Shown: in pieces, positions 1 through 10,165 of the stretch
How the letters are laid out: every line of letters begins with the position of its first letter
How positions within the stretch are numbered: the first letter of the stretch is position 1
Source of the DNA: Candidatus Micrarchaeota archaeon
GTDB lineage: Archaea; Micrarchaeota; Micrarchaeia; Anstonellales; Bilamarchaeaceae
DNA: 64,000 bases
Assembly (NCBI GenBank): GCA_016212505.1
Contig: JACRGB010000003.1
Coordinates: 27,561 to 91,560, forward strand
Reading direction: 5' to 3'
Notes under the pieces: model-generated
Told to the model about the DNA's origin: nothing
The model's database searches: none
What the model saw: the letters and a program-made list of their open reading frames with translations, nothing else
Program-made: the position numbers and the translations under genes

Positions 1-1261
1 TGCACCAAACCCACAAGTTCCATTTTTTTATTGCTGCGCCAGGCATTGGAGCAATTGGAATAACTTCGGTAAATGCCAAGCCCGAAGCTATTGCTATGAA
101 TACTTGTAAAATTTTATCTGGTGATTCCAAATTAATGAAAAAGATAATTACTGCGAGTAGCATTGTTATGAAAGTTATTGAAAACTTCATAAGCGCTAGT
201 TTCTTTTGATTCTCAGTATTTGCTTCTTCTAGTTCATAACCAGTAGTCTGCAAAGTATTTCCCAAAACTGCAGATACCAAACAAATGCCGCAGCCTTCTT
301 TCCATAAGCTAAATACCGATTTCAGCTTGAAGAAGCGCTCGAACAAAAATCGTATGACAGTCCTTAAAGAAAAAAGGGCTCCTGCGAAAATGATTGCATA
401 AAAAAGGATCTCAAAATCGACCTCCAGCCCAGTGAATGCATATGATACTGCAATACCATACACTAATGTGGCAATCAAAAGACCCAAGATCTCTTTCAAA
501 CGGATTGTAAAACCAAACTTGTTTGCATGTTCGGCAACTTCTTCAATGGATGTTTTTTCTTTTGCTTTTGACTTGAGAAAACCTGCAGAATACACTTTTA
601 GAAAAGTACCGGATATGATCAGAATATTGGGCCAAAGTAAAAGTAATGCTGAGGATATTGCACTGGCTACAAGAGGAACATAATCGGGTGAAAGACCCAA
701 AGTAACTAGGGGAGATTTATGCCGGGCCTGCATTTTTATGTTTTTATAACCTCTTAAGTCAGAGAAAATAACTACAGTCTGACCAGAACGAAGGGTAGTT
801 GATTTTACTAGAAAAGAATTAGATCTGGCAGTGTTATTGAAGATTAGATCTTTTTTGGTTATTTGTTCAGTTATACTGTTCTTATTCGGCCCACCTACCA
901 ATATAATGACTTTTTTAGATTTTAGCAATTCTTCAAGATGTACAGATTTTGCAGTTATTGCCTTTACGGAGTTTAAAATAGGATACTTCTTTTTGGCAGA
1001 AGATAATAGCTCTTGTTCCATTATGCTAATTTCTTCGCCCTTTACGATTATCATTTGCTGCTCAGCAACCGATTTGGTTATCTCTCGTTCGCCAAGCGTG
1101 TCTTTTATTTGGTTAAAAATTATACTCAAATTTTTATTGAAAGCCGGGCTAAATTTCAACACACCATCAGAAGTGACATTTTCTGCTGCATAGCTAAGAG
1201 TTAGCAGTATAGAAAAAATAAAGGTTAGGATAAGTATAAGTCGCATTTGGATACGTAGCAT
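1..1261 (-). CDS. Membrane protein, tandem paralog of 1283..2611 (extracellular GGPxxN domain + M50-like membrane domain); 3' end runs off the window
   Basis: Not in the ORF track. Both ends translated by hand lie in the same frame: MLRIQMRLILILTFIFSILL... and ...PIAPMPGAAIKKWNLWVW, matching PIKPMPGVSIKKWNWIIW of the neighbour. GAGGGAG RBS upstream of ATG 1261. Confidence 0.8.
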   Translation of the reverse strand, partial: MLRIQMRLILILTFIFSILLTLSYAAENVTSDGVLKFSPAFNKNLSIIFNQIKDTLGEREITKSVAEQQMIIVKGEEISIMEQELLSSAKKKYPILNSVKAITAKSVHLEELLKSKKVIILVGGPNKNSITEQITKKDLIFNNTARSNSFLVKSTTLRSGQTVVIFSDLRGYKNIKMQARHKSPLVTLGLSPDYVPLVASAISSALLLLWPNILIISGTFLKVYSAGFLKSKAKEKTSIEEVAEHANKFGFTIRLKEILGLLIATLVYGIAVSYAFTGLEVDFEILFYAIIFAGALFSLRTVIRFLFERFFKLKSVFSLWKEGCGICLVSAVLGNTLQTTGYELEEANTENQKKLALMKFSITFITMLLAVIIFFINLESPDKILQVFIAIASGLAFTEVIPIAPMPGAAIKKWNLWVWC

Positions 1262-1282
1262 TTGGCTTCTCCCTCATCTTGA

Positions 1283-2611
1283 TTACAGATAGAAGTTTAT
1301 CAGGAAATAAGTCGGAACGATTAGCAAAAACAACAAGATCCAGATTATCCAGTTCCATTTTTTTATCGACACTCCTGGCATAGGCTTTATTGGCATTATC
1401 TCAGTAAGTGCAAGACCTGAGGCAATCATCCTAAATAGTTGTAGTGTCTTAGTCGGGTGAACAAAATTCGCAACAAAAAGTGCTATCCCGAGCACCATAG
1501 TTATCAGAATAATAAATGCCTTCATTTTTGCAAGCTTGCCTTGGTTTTCAGGAGTGGCATCTTCAAGTTCATAGCCAGTAGTCTGTAAAGTATTTCCTAA
1601 AATCGCGGATATCCAGCAAATTCCGCAGCCACTTTTCCATACGTGGAACTCGGATCTTAGTTTGTATATGCGCTCAAACAGCATCCGCATAAGGGTCCTT
1701 GCGTAGTATAGAATTGTTGCAAATGCGATTGCATAAAAAACAAGAAGAAAATCAATTTTGAATCCCTTAAATGTATATGACACTGCTAAACCATATACTA
1801 TTGCACCTATTACAAGCGCAACAAACTCCCTTAAGCGAATGGTAAATCCAAGGATTTTGGTGCCTTTATCAATCAGTTCGGATGGTTTTTTTCCTTCTTT
1901 TGCTTTTGATTTAAGGAAGCCTGCAGCATAAACTTTTAGAAAACCAGTAAGCGCAGTAAGCAGATTCGGTAAAAATGCGAGCAATACGAGCGAAACCGCA
2001 GTAGCAACAGGAGGGACATATTTTGGAGGAATGCCTAAAGCAACCAAGGGCGAATTTTCAATCCCTTCCATCCGCATATTTTCATAGCCTTTTAGGTCGG
2101 ACAATACAAGAACATCTGCGCCGTGCTTGATCCGGAACATTTTCACTATTCCAACATTAGGAAGTTCTGCCACATAAGTAACTTCTTCGTGCTGCTCAAC
2201 ATAATCGGTTATTTTGTTTTGGCTCGGTCCACCAATTAAGATCAAGGTAGTATTTGACTGTTTTATGATTTCACTTGGAACAACTGAACCCACAGTAACT
2301 TCGGTAAATTGGTTAAAAACCGGATAACTATTTTTAGCAAAAGAAAACAGCTGTTTTTCGGTAAGGGTGGATCCTTCACCTCGGATTATTATTCCCTGAT
2401 ATTTGCTAGGAAGAGTGAGATTAGAAGGAAAGTTTTCATTTATAATATTATACATTTGGGTTAGGTTTTTGGAAAATTCAGGGTTGCTCTTCAAAGCATC
2501 TGAAATAAATGGCAAATCTTCTGCGCCGGCTGCATAAACAAAAGTAGTAAGGCTGATCATACCGAGCAGGAGAAAAAGGAAAAGCATCGAAAATACAGAT
2601 GTTACTTTCAT
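1283..2611 (-). CDS. Signal peptide + LILIGGPxxN extracellular domain + multi-TM domain resembling M50 site-2 protease lacking HExxH
   Basis: 442-aa ORF. SEFHVWKSG and TEIMPIKPMPG align with archaeal M50 AEFRxWxxG and FNLLPxxPLDG. Confidence 0.7.
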   Translation of the reverse strand: MKVTSVFSMLFLFLLLGMISLTTFVYAAGAEDLPFISDALKSNPEFSKNLTQMYNIINENFPSNLTLPSKYQGIIIRGEGSTLTEKQLFSFAKNSYPVFNQFTEVTVGSVVPSEIIKQSNTTLILIGGPSQNKITDYVEQHEEVTYVAELPNVGIVKMFRIKHGADVLVLSDLKGYENMRMEGIENSPLVALGIPPKYVPPVATAVSLVLLAFLPNLLTALTGFLKVYAAGFLKSKAKEGKKPSELIDKGTKILGFTIRLREFVALVIGAIVYGLAVSYTFKGFKIDFLLVFYAIAFATILYYARTLMRMLFERIYKLRSEFHVWKSGCGICWISAILGNTLQTTGYELEDATPENQGKLAKMKAFIILITMVLGIALFVANFVHPTKTLQLFRMIASGLALTEIMPIKPMPGVSIKKWNWIIWILLFLLIVPTYFLINFYL

Positions 2612-2657
2612 CGTTTGCTATTCACCGGTTGAATTATTAAAAAGGTTTGGATTTTCA

Positions 2658-4859
2658 TTATGCAGCTTCAGCAACTAGATGAGTTTCTTCATAGAGTTCA
2701 AATACAAATGGGTAGAGCGGTTTGGTATGGAGCTGGGAATCTATAACGCGCCAGTCTAGGGCAGGTTTTTTTGTATGAGCTTTGGGCTTTCTCATAGACG
2801 TAACAGCATGAGAAAGTTTCACTATTTCAGCTATAAGATCCAAAGCATCACCTTCGAGATTAGGTATTCTTACATTTACCTGGCCCAAATTAATATGTTC
2901 CATTACCTTCAGAGTATCAGAAGAAAATACAGGAGCCTCTCCTCGAGCTTCCATTTCTGAGTTTATTTCCTGAAGAAGAGTTCTTGATTCATTGTCCAAT
3001 CGCAATAATTTCTTTCTTATTTCAATATCGTCGTGTCTAAAATCTGCAAACTGTTTAGCTGAAAGCATTGCTATGAAATCTAGCCGCTCGGCCCGATTTT
3101 CCTCTCCGTTATCCATGATTAAGTTAAGAAGGCCGATATCGGAAAGAAGGGCAGGCAAGACAACATTATCAGCAATAAAATTTTGTAGTTTGTCTTGGTC
3201 AAAACCAATTATTTTTGTCGCATCATTTGGATCCACTTTGTAAAGTCCCCTTTGAATAAGATCACCTACTACTTTTGCCAAAAACCGGTCTTGTGGGGCT
3301 TCATTCATCAGTTTCTCCAAAGTGTATAGAGTCACTGCAGTTGCCCTGCAGGCAGCCTCATAAGGGAGTGTGGGGGAACCAGAAATCTGAGCCACATTCA
3401 TGGCATATAAAAATGCACTTAAATTGAAATCAGTTTTTGGTGAGATCCCATAGGCCCTTGCAACAGCGGTAACAAAGGAAGTAACATTTGCGCTATGCAA
3501 GATTTTTTGAGTTTGCGAAGCTCTTGGAATTGCATCATCATCCTCTTCTAGCGGCTTCTTGCCAATGATCTCGCACATGCCGTCAAAATCGTCTTTTGAA
3601 AGGCCTTTAGTCTTCAGTTTAAGTAATTGCTTGTATTTTTCAGCAGAGTAAAGGCTTTCTACAGCTGACTCACGCTCAACTATTTGATTCTCTAAAAGGT
3701 CAGGCCAAGTTGAACCAATATAAGAAAGAAGCTTTACTTTTGCATGCCAGTATGCCAGCATTTTGGTCTTAAAAGGTTGGTCGGTTTTGCTAAAGTAAGG
3801 TTCCCCAACATTCGGGTCTTCGAAACAACCTTTTAAAATTCGATAAAGTGCTATAAGTCGGGCAAGAGTTTCAAATTTCTCAAGAGCTTCAACAGAATTT
3901 GCTGGTTTTGAAGATTGTCCTCCAAGTTTTGCTTCTAGCTCTTCAACTTCCCTAAATACTTCTTCGCCAATTTTTAATGGTTTGAGTTTAAAATAAGGCC
4001 GAAGCAGCTCTGCACCACGGGCATTGACAACAAGACCCATACGCTCAGGCAAACCATTCATTCTTGCGGCATGATTCATAAGATTGCAAATTGCTGTCGG
4101 TTTAATTGGATTATCATTTATTCCAACCTGCAAATCTTCCTTATCTCCAACTGCCATAGATCCGCGAATTTCTAGTTTTATATATTTGGATCCACCGAAT
4201 TGCCTATTTTCCATTTCAACAAGATGATTGTGGGTCCTAAAAAGATCCCTCAGAGTCACAAGGAACCTTGCAGATTCAATTGCACTTAATTTGATATTAT
4301 CATTAGGGGCTTTTGATACAAAACTTACAGCATCACCTATGAGTGTATCGGTTATGATTCTAAATGGAGCCATTGCTACCATAAAGTAAAGATGCATCAG
4401 CCTAACTGTTGGATCCAGCTGCTCTTTTGATTTTCCATGTGCATTTCCAGTTGAACCAGATTGATCAACAAAAATGCAAGCGCCAGGAAACTCAAGTTTG
4501 GCAAAATCTTCTTTCACATATTCTTCTATAGATTTAAAGAAATTAAGATCAATGCAGTCTAGAGTTTTTTCAAGCCGATAAACGAATTCTGCAACTGGAG
4601 AATCAATGCCATGCAAGCACCTTGGAATTCGCTCTTCCCTGTTCCAAGTTGAAAGATTAATCATATCAAGTGGAGAGGTACTAAAAAAGCGCCTCACATG
4701 ATCCTTTTCGCCTTCACTAGCCATATTATGGATACTTTCGTATAATGCATTTACCTTAGTCCGGTCTATGAAAGGCGCCCTTACTCCCCCTGACCAGGGA
4801 GGCGAACGTTGTTCAAATTGTTTAGGATCTAGCTTAAATGTAGCAGCACGCATCAACAA
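2658..4859 (-). CDS. Class III nucleotidyl cyclase domain fused to degenerate HD-GYP-like domain
   Basis: Cyclase motifs IFVDQSGST, LIGDAV, LEIRGSMAVG, MNHAAR; HD-GYP-like HSANV, ALLSDIG, LEGDALDLIAEIVKLSHAVTSM. Confidence 0.65.
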   Translation of the reverse strand: MLMRAATFKLDPKQFEQRSPPWSGGVRAPFIDRTKVNALYESIHNMASEGEKDHVRRFFSTSPLDMINLSTWNREERIPRCLHGIDSPVAEFVYRLEKTLDCIDLNFFKSIEEYVKEDFAKLEFPGACIFVDQSGSTGNAHGKSKEQLDPTVRLMHLYFMVAMAPFRIITDTLIGDAVSFVSKAPNDNIKLSAIESARFLVTLRDLFRTHNHLVEMENRQFGGSKYIKLEIRGSMAVGDKEDLQVGINDNPIKPTAICNLMNHAARMNGLPERMGLVVNARGAELLRPYFKLKPLKIGEEVFREVEELEAKLGGQSSKPANSVEALEKFETLARLIALYRILKGCFEDPNVGEPYFSKTDQPFKTKMLAYWHAKVKLLSYIGSTWPDLLENQIVERESAVESLYSAEKYKQLLKLKTKGLSKDDFDGMCEIIGKKPLEEDDDAIPRASQTQKILHSANVTSFVTAVARAYGISPKTDFNLSAFLYAMNVAQISGSPTLPYEAACRATAVTLYTLEKLMNEAPQDRFLAKVVGDLIQRGLYKVDPNDATKIIGFDQDKLQNFIADNVVLPALLSDIGLLNLIMDNGEENRAERLDFIAMLSAKQFADFRHDDIEIRKKLLRLDNESRTLLQEINSEMEARGEAPVFSSDTLKVMEHINLGQVNVRIPNLEGDALDLIAEIVKLSHAVTSMRKPKAHTKKPALDWRVIDSQLHTKPLYPFVFELYEETHLVAEAA

Positions 4860-4967
4860 AAAATCTACTTCCGGAAATTTACCTCTTCCACCTGCTGAAT
4901 AATATAACGAGGAATTTATAAAACTGCACTTTCTAACACTAAAAGGGAAAACCCACCGCCATTATGC

Positions 4968-5348
4968 TTATTTTGGCTGGGTTTTTTCGATATTTTCAAT
5001 AAACTGGATTAGTTTTGTTAAAGTTTCTTCGCTCAACTGATGCTCCAGATAGCATGCATCCATAAACGCGGTTTTAGGAGATACACCGGCCATGTCGAAC
5101 AATTTAAGAAAAACCTGGTAGCGGCTCTTTAAGGCAGACGCACTCTGTTTGCCTTGCTCAGTTAGTGTTACTGCACCATGCTTCTCATAATTAACAAGGC
5201 CCTGCTTTGCTAATTTCTGGAGCATTTGGGTAACACTTGGCGGCGAGATATCGAGTGTAGTTGATATGTCTTTTGGCCGCGCATAGCCTTTTCGCTCGAT
5301 TATTTCGTAAATTACGCGAAGATAATTTTCAGAAGTCCGGGAAAGCAT
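4968..5348 (-). CDS. DtxR/MntR-family metal-dependent transcriptional regulator
   Basis: SENYLRVIY, ISPPSVTQMLQKL, LTEQG, DACYLEH motifs. Confidence 0.9.
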   Translation of the reverse strand: MLSRTSENYLRVIYEIIERKGYARPKDISTTLDISPPSVTQMLQKLAKQGLVNYEKHGAVTLTEQGKQSASALKSRYQVFLKLFDMAGVSPKTAFMDACYLEHQLSEETLTKLIQFIENIEKTQPK

Positions 5349-5456
5349 AGTTATGTTTAATAGTTAAAAGAATTTATAACCTTAGTCCAAATCTTGCCGA
5401 TGGGGTTATAAATCTCGTCTACAATAGATAGTTCCACTATTTCTAAGAGGGGCTTT

Positions 5457-7493
5457 ATGGAGGTAGACCTTTCAGCATCAATATCTGCATTCACTGATTT
5501 CTTCACTACTACTTATAAGGCTAAGATCGACCATCTTGCAACCATATACCCAAAACAGCGAAGTTTGGTGGTCGATTATTCGGATTTGGAAAAGTTCGAC
5601 CCGGACCTATCAGACGCGCTAATCAAAACTCCGGAGCTGATAATCGACGCAGCAGAGGAGTCAATAAAAAAATTAAATCTCTCGATTGCAACTGGGGCGG
5701 TGTTTGCACCCCATATCCGGTTCAGTAACCTGCCCACAGAAGATATGCTGATTGAGCAGGTCAGTTCGAAAAACATCAAGGAGTTCGTTGCATTTAAGGG
5801 AGTGGTAACTAAACGCGCGGAAATAATGCACCGGACCAAGGTTGCACTATTCAAATGCACCTTATGCGATAGCGAGATCAAGTTGTTTGTGGGAAGAAAT
5901 TTCACCCCACCAAAAAGATGCGACAGCTGCGGAAAATTCGCCTTAAAGCAGATGGAAGAGGAAAGCACTTACACTGACATCCAAAGGGCAGAGGTGCAGG
6001 AATTGCTAGAGCGCGTAAAAGGCGGGGCACCGGCAGCGCATATTGAATTGTTGCTAGAGGATGATCTGGTCAATAGTTTGGCCCCAGGAGACAATGTTGA
6101 AATTGCTGGTATACTCCGGCTAAAGCCGCCGATGAAAATGCGCCAGAAGCAGGATATGATTTACAGCCGCTATATTGAGGTAAACAGCATAACGAGCATG
6201 AGGAAAGATTTTGAAGAAATTGAAATAACCAAGGAAGAGGAAAGGCGGTTTAAGGAAATGGGTAACGATCCTAAAATAACAGAAACGATAGTAAATTCCA
6301 TAGCGCCTTCGATTTATGGCCATTACGAAGTAAAAAAAGCCCTGGCACTCCAATTATTTGGAGGAACCCATGGAAAAACCATGCGTGGCGGAATGACGAT
6401 CCGAGATGATATCCATATTTTGCTTATTGGAGACCCAGGTTCTGCAAAATCCAGGTGCCTGCAAAGTGTTTCTGAAATAGCACCAAAGTCGATTTATGTA
6501 AGCGGAAAATCAGTCAGCTCGGCCGGGCTCACGGTTGCGGCGGAAAAAGACGAATTAGGCGAAGGAGGCTGGACTCTAAAGGCAGGTGCTCTTGTTCTTG
6601 CGAGCGGCGGAACTGCACAAATTGATGAGTTTGATAAGATAGAAGATGAGGATCGTGCAGCCCTTCATGAGGCAATGGAATCGCAATCGATCAGTGTGGC
6701 AAAGGCGGGAATTGTGGCAAAATTTCGGACAAAAACCGCAATACTTGCAGCAGCAAACCCAAAATACGGAAGGTTTGACCAGACAAAAAATCTGGCAGAG
6801 CAGTTTGAAATCCCTCCAACGCTTCTTTCAAGGTTTGATTTGATTTTCCCGATAGTAGATGTACTAGATGAAGAAAAGGATGCAAAACTGGCAGACCACA
6901 TACTATCTACCCATATGGGAAAGGAAAAAATTGAAACAGAGTCAGTGGATAAGGACATTTTGAGAAAATATATCGCATATGCAAGGAGAAAAATTTTCCC
7001 AAAGCTTATGCCCGCAGCTTCTGAAAAAATAAAGCAGTTCTATGTTGAATTAAGGGGCAGGAGCAAGGACTCTGGATCAGTTGCAATAACCCCAAGGTAC
7101 CTTGAAGGGCTGGTAAGATTAGCCGAAGCCCATGCGAAAATACACTTAAGTGAGACAGTGGAAGAAACAGACGCCGAAGTTGCGATTAACTTATTCAAAT
7201 ATGTCATGGGCCAGATCATGACCGATAAGGCAACCGGGATGTTTGATATCGATGTAGTTACTACTGGAAAACCGAAATCCGAGCGGGAAAAGCTCCAGAA
7301 AGCAGATACCATCCTTGAAATTATCCGCGAGCATTTACGGACAAAGGACAGTGCCCCAGTTGAAGAAGTCATTGGCGATGCTAAAAGCTATGATATTGAT
7401 GAACCTAGCGCAAGAAGGATCATTTCTGAATTACTAAGGCGCGGGGTAGTTTACGAAAAGGAATACGGGCATATAAAGATTGTTGGGGAATGA
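5457..7493 (+). CDS. mcm: Replicative DNA helicase MCM
   Basis: C4 zinc finger, Walker A GDPGSAKS, IDEFDK, SRFD arginine finger, C-terminal wHTH. Confidence 0.97.
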   Translation: MEVDLSASISAFTDFFTTTYKAKIDHLATIYPKQRSLVVDYSDLEKFDPDLSDALIKTPELIIDAAEESIKKLNLSIATGAVFAPHIRFSNLPTEDMLIEQVSSKNIKEFVAFKGVVTKRAEIMHRTKVALFKCTLCDSEIKLFVGRNFTPPKRCDSCGKFALKQMEEESTYTDIQRAEVQELLERVKGGAPAAHIELLLEDDLVNSLAPGDNVEIAGILRLKPPMKMRQKQDMIYSRYIEVNSITSMRKDFEEIEITKEEERRFKEMGNDPKITETIVNSIAPSIYGHYEVKKALALQLFGGTHGKTMRGGMTIRDDIHILLIGDPGSAKSRCLQSVSEIAPKSIYVSGKSVSSAGLTVAAEKDELGEGGWTLKAGALVLASGGTAQIDEFDKIEDEDRAALHEAMESQSISVAKAGIVAKFRTKTAILAAANPKYGRFDQTKNLAEQFEIPPTLLSRFDLIFPIVDVLDEEKDAKLADHILSTHMGKEKIETESVDKDILRKYIAYARRKIFPKLMPAASEKIKQFYVELRGRSKDSGSVAITPRYLEGLVRLAEAHAKIHLSETVEETDAEVAINLFKYVMGQIMTDKATGMFDIDVVTTGKPKSEREKLQKADTILEIIREHLRTKDSAPVEEVIGDAKSYDIDEPSARRIISELLRRGVVYEKEYGHIKIVGE

Positions 7494-7551
7494 AGTAATT
7501 GAATAAACTACATTTATAAGCGATAAAGAATACTGGTTAGTTAGTGAATTT

Positions 7552-8391
7552 ATGATACGCCCAACTACAATGATCATAATATTTTTTGTTATTGCCCAGC
7601 TTCTTGGAATTTATGTCGGTTCCGTAATAATCAAAGATGTCAATAGCAATCCATATGTCAGCAGCATGGTAGTTACATCGGATGCAAATGATGCATCCAA
7701 CGCAATAGTTTTTATGCTCTACATTCTTTTGGGCGCAGTAATGATGATAGTGCTCATAAAATTCAAATTGCCCGCAATAATTCTTAGGGTAATGGAATTT
7801 CTCCTTATTGCAAGCGCAAGCTCGATAGTTTTCTACGCATTTTTCAGGATATTTACCGGCTATGACATAAGCACGACTGCAGGAATAATTTTTGGGTTAG
7901 TTTTTTCTGGAGTGCGGATAGCACTACCATACCTGAAGAATGCCGCGGCCATACTTGCAACTGCAGGAGTTGGGGTCATTTTCGGAATTTCGTTAGGCGT
8001 GCTTCCTGCTCTTGTTTTCCTGATCCTCCTTGCAATTTATGATTTTCTTGCGGTCTTTATCACAAAGCATATGGTTGAGATGGCGAAATTTGTTGTTGAA
8101 AAGGATTTGGCATTTACAATAACTGCAAAATCGCCAAGTGCGGTCCCTGGCAAAAAAGAAGACCGGATTGATTTGGGAACTGGTGATATGATTGCACCAA
8201 TAATGCTCGAGGTTTCAGTACTTAGCTGGAACCCAATTGCAGCATTATTTGTATTTGTCGGTGCATCAGTTTCTTTGCTGTTATTTTTGAATTTGGTCTG
8301 GAAGAAGAAAATGGTTTTGCCAGCGCTTCCGCCGATTGTTGCTGGAATGATTGTTGCGCTCGTGATCGGATTTGTAGTTAAGGCGTTTTAG
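7552..8391 (+). CDS. Presenilin/signal-peptide-peptidase family intramembrane aspartyl protease
   Basis: Multiple TM segments; YD, LGTGD and PALP motifs. Confidence 0.9.
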   Translation: MIRPTTMIIIFFVIAQLLGIYVGSVIIKDVNSNPYVSSMVVTSDANDASNAIVFMLYILLGAVMMIVLIKFKLPAIILRVMEFLLIASASSIVFYAFFRIFTGYDISTTAGIIFGLVFSGVRIALPYLKNAAAILATAGVGVIFGISLGVLPALVFLILLAIYDFLAVFITKHMVEMAKFVVEKDLAFTITAKSPSAVPGKKEDRIDLGTGDMIAPIMLEVSVLSWNPIAALFVFVGASVSLLLFLNLVWKKKMVLPALPPIVAGMIVALVIGFVVKAF

Positions 8392-9413
8392 GGTTTTGAT
8401 ATGAGCAAATCCAAAACAACCTGAACTTTCGATGGAGAATAAGGCCGAACGACTCTTTTATGTTGTATTTCAATTCGCACGCCAGATTCTTTTGCTTTTT
8501 GCTCTGCTTTTTCTATTGCTTCCTCAAACGCTTTATATGAGCTAACTATTGTGTAGAAATGGATTATACCGCTGTCTTTAATCAGCTCAAAAGCAACATC
8601 AAGAAAATCTTCTGCACTTTTTGGAAGTGGCATGAGTATTCTGTCAAAGAAGTTTCTATATTTTTTGTTTTGTGAAATGATTTGTCTGGCATCTCCTTCG
8701 ATTGGTTCGATATTCTTGAATTTGTTTAATTTTATGTTTTCGCGCAAGTAGAGTACTGCATCAGGATTCAATTCGTTTGCAAAAATCCTTGCCTCTGGGT
8801 GTTCTTTGGCAATTGCAAAGGCAAATGGCCCAATTCCGGCAAAAAGAACAAGCACTTGCTCTTTATCGCTAACCAAATCAGCAATTCGTTTTCGCTCAGT
8901 TGCAAGCCGTGGCGAAAAATAAACTTTGGCAAGATCTAATTTCATCAGTACTCCATTTTCTTTGTAAATGGTTTTGGTTGTCTTAATGCCCGCAATACAC
9001 TCAAACCTGCGTACCCGAAACTCGCCTTCCATTGCACCAAGTTTTTTTAGCACAGTGTGGATGTTTTTGTGAACTCTGAGCAGGGCATCGCCTATTTGGT
9101 TTTCCTTAGCAACCAGTTCATCAGGAATTTCAACTATTGCAATGTCTCCAACAATATCAAATGAAGTTTTTAGGGAGGCTAATTGGTCAGATGAGAGGGT
9201 TTTGGAAAGCGCATCTTCCAGACTAAGTGGAATTTTTTCCCGTTTGCTAACCTTTCGTTCAACTAACTGGAAAGTTTTCCATTTTTTTGTTACAGGAAAA
9301 AGAATGAGTAAGTCTTCGGAAATAATCGGATAATCTGAAACAAAAAGTCCTTCTTCAATAAGTTCTTTCCTGACTTTTTCGCCTTTTGCTCTTGGAACTT
9401 TTAGGTATTTCAT
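8388..9413 (-). CDS. trm5: tRNA (guanine37-N1) methyltransferase, Trm5/Taw2 family
   Basis: FDIVGDIAI, KVYFSPRLATER, FAGIGPFA, ELNPDA, RILMPLP. Confidence 0.88.
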   Translation of the reverse strand: MKYLKVPRAKGEKVRKELIEEGLFVSDYPIISEDLLILFPVTKKWKTFQLVERKVSKREKIPLSLEDALSKTLSSDQLASLKTSFDIVGDIAIVEIPDELVAKENQIGDALLRVHKNIHTVLKKLGAMEGEFRVRRFECIAGIKTTKTIYKENGVLMKLDLAKVYFSPRLATERKRIADLVSDKEQVLVLFAGIGPFAFAIAKEHPEARIFANELNPDAVLYLRENIKLNKFKNIEPIEGDARQIISQNKKYRNFFDRILMPLPKSAEDFLDVAFELIKDSGIIHFYTIVSSYKAFEEAIEKAEQKAKESGVRIEIQHKRVVRPYSPSKVQVVLDLLISKP

Positions 9414-9434
9414 AACAAAATCACAGAAAATTGC

Positions 9435-9857
9435 TTAAACTTTTTTAAAAGGATTTATAACTTTTATTCCGGGAACTTTCTTGAAATCTTTTTCGTTTTC
9501 AGTAATTATGGTATCTATGTTGTTTGAATTCATAGTTGCAAGAATTAGTGCATCAAAAAAATGAACTTTATAAGTTTCAAAAAGATGATTGGCTTTTTTT
9601 ATCTCTTCAGTAGAATAAGAAACAACTGAAAAAGAAGATTGATAATCAGAAATTCTTTGGTTAATTTCATTAGCAGATAACTGAGTTCTGACTTGATTTG
9701 AAAACTCAGCCAAAACCTGAGTACTGACTACCCCTCCATTAGTTTGTTGAAGTTCTTTTGTAACTCTAATTGCTACTTCGTGTTTTTGAGGATCATCAAA
9801 ATCTTCCAAGTAGAGGAGCACATTAGTGTCTACGAATTTTTTCCATACGCTCGGCAT
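9435..9857 (-). CDS. vapC: PIN-domain (VapC-like) toxin
   Basis: FVDTNVL, STQVLAE, FFDALI, TENEKDF. Confidence 0.9.
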   Translation of the reverse strand: MPSVWKKFVDTNVLLYLEDFDDPQKHEVAIRVTKELQQTNGGVVSTQVLAEFSNQVRTQLSANEINQRISDYQSSFSVVSYSTEEIKKANHLFETYKVHFFDALILATMNSNNIDTIITENEKDFKKVPGIKVINPFKKV

Positions 9858-10122
9858 AAATTTCCTCCCTTGAAGAGTATACTTTCCCTTCCTTATTCAG
9901 AATACCTAGTTTTTTTGCGTGTTTAGCCCTTTCCAAGATTCTTTCAAAAGCAGCGTTTCGTTCCTGTTCTTTTTTGGTTTCTGATATGTAATGGGCTATT
10001 GCCTGCCACACGAATTCACTAAGCGATCCTTTTTTGCCACCTGAAATCTGCTGGGCATACTTTCTAAGTTCCTTTTCATCATCGTCCTCTAGTGAAATCA
10101 TCACATTTCCCATAACAATCAA
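9823..10122 (-). CDS. Ribbon-helix-helix antitoxin paired with PIN toxin (likely start 10113)
   Basis: VMISLEDDDEKELR...KGSLSEFVWQAI; overlaps the PIN gene. Confidence 0.75.
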   Translation of the reverse strand: MIVMGNVMISLEDDDEKELRKYAQQISGGKKGSLSEFVWQAIAHYISETKKEQERNAAFERILERAKHAKKLGILNKEGKVYSSREEIYAERMEKIRRH

Positions 10123-10158
10123 ATATAGATATATATGAAAAAATTTATATATCTATAT
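10123..10158. promoter_or_regulatory. Inverted-repeat operator over the TATA region of the TA operon
   Basis: ATATAGATATATA-N10-TATATATCTATAT directly upstream of the antitoxin. Confidence 0.55.
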
Positions 10159-10165
10159 ATTACTA

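Noticed and set aside
432-1204. Three plus-strand ORFs
   Set aside because: Antisense to the real minus-strand paralog 1..1261.
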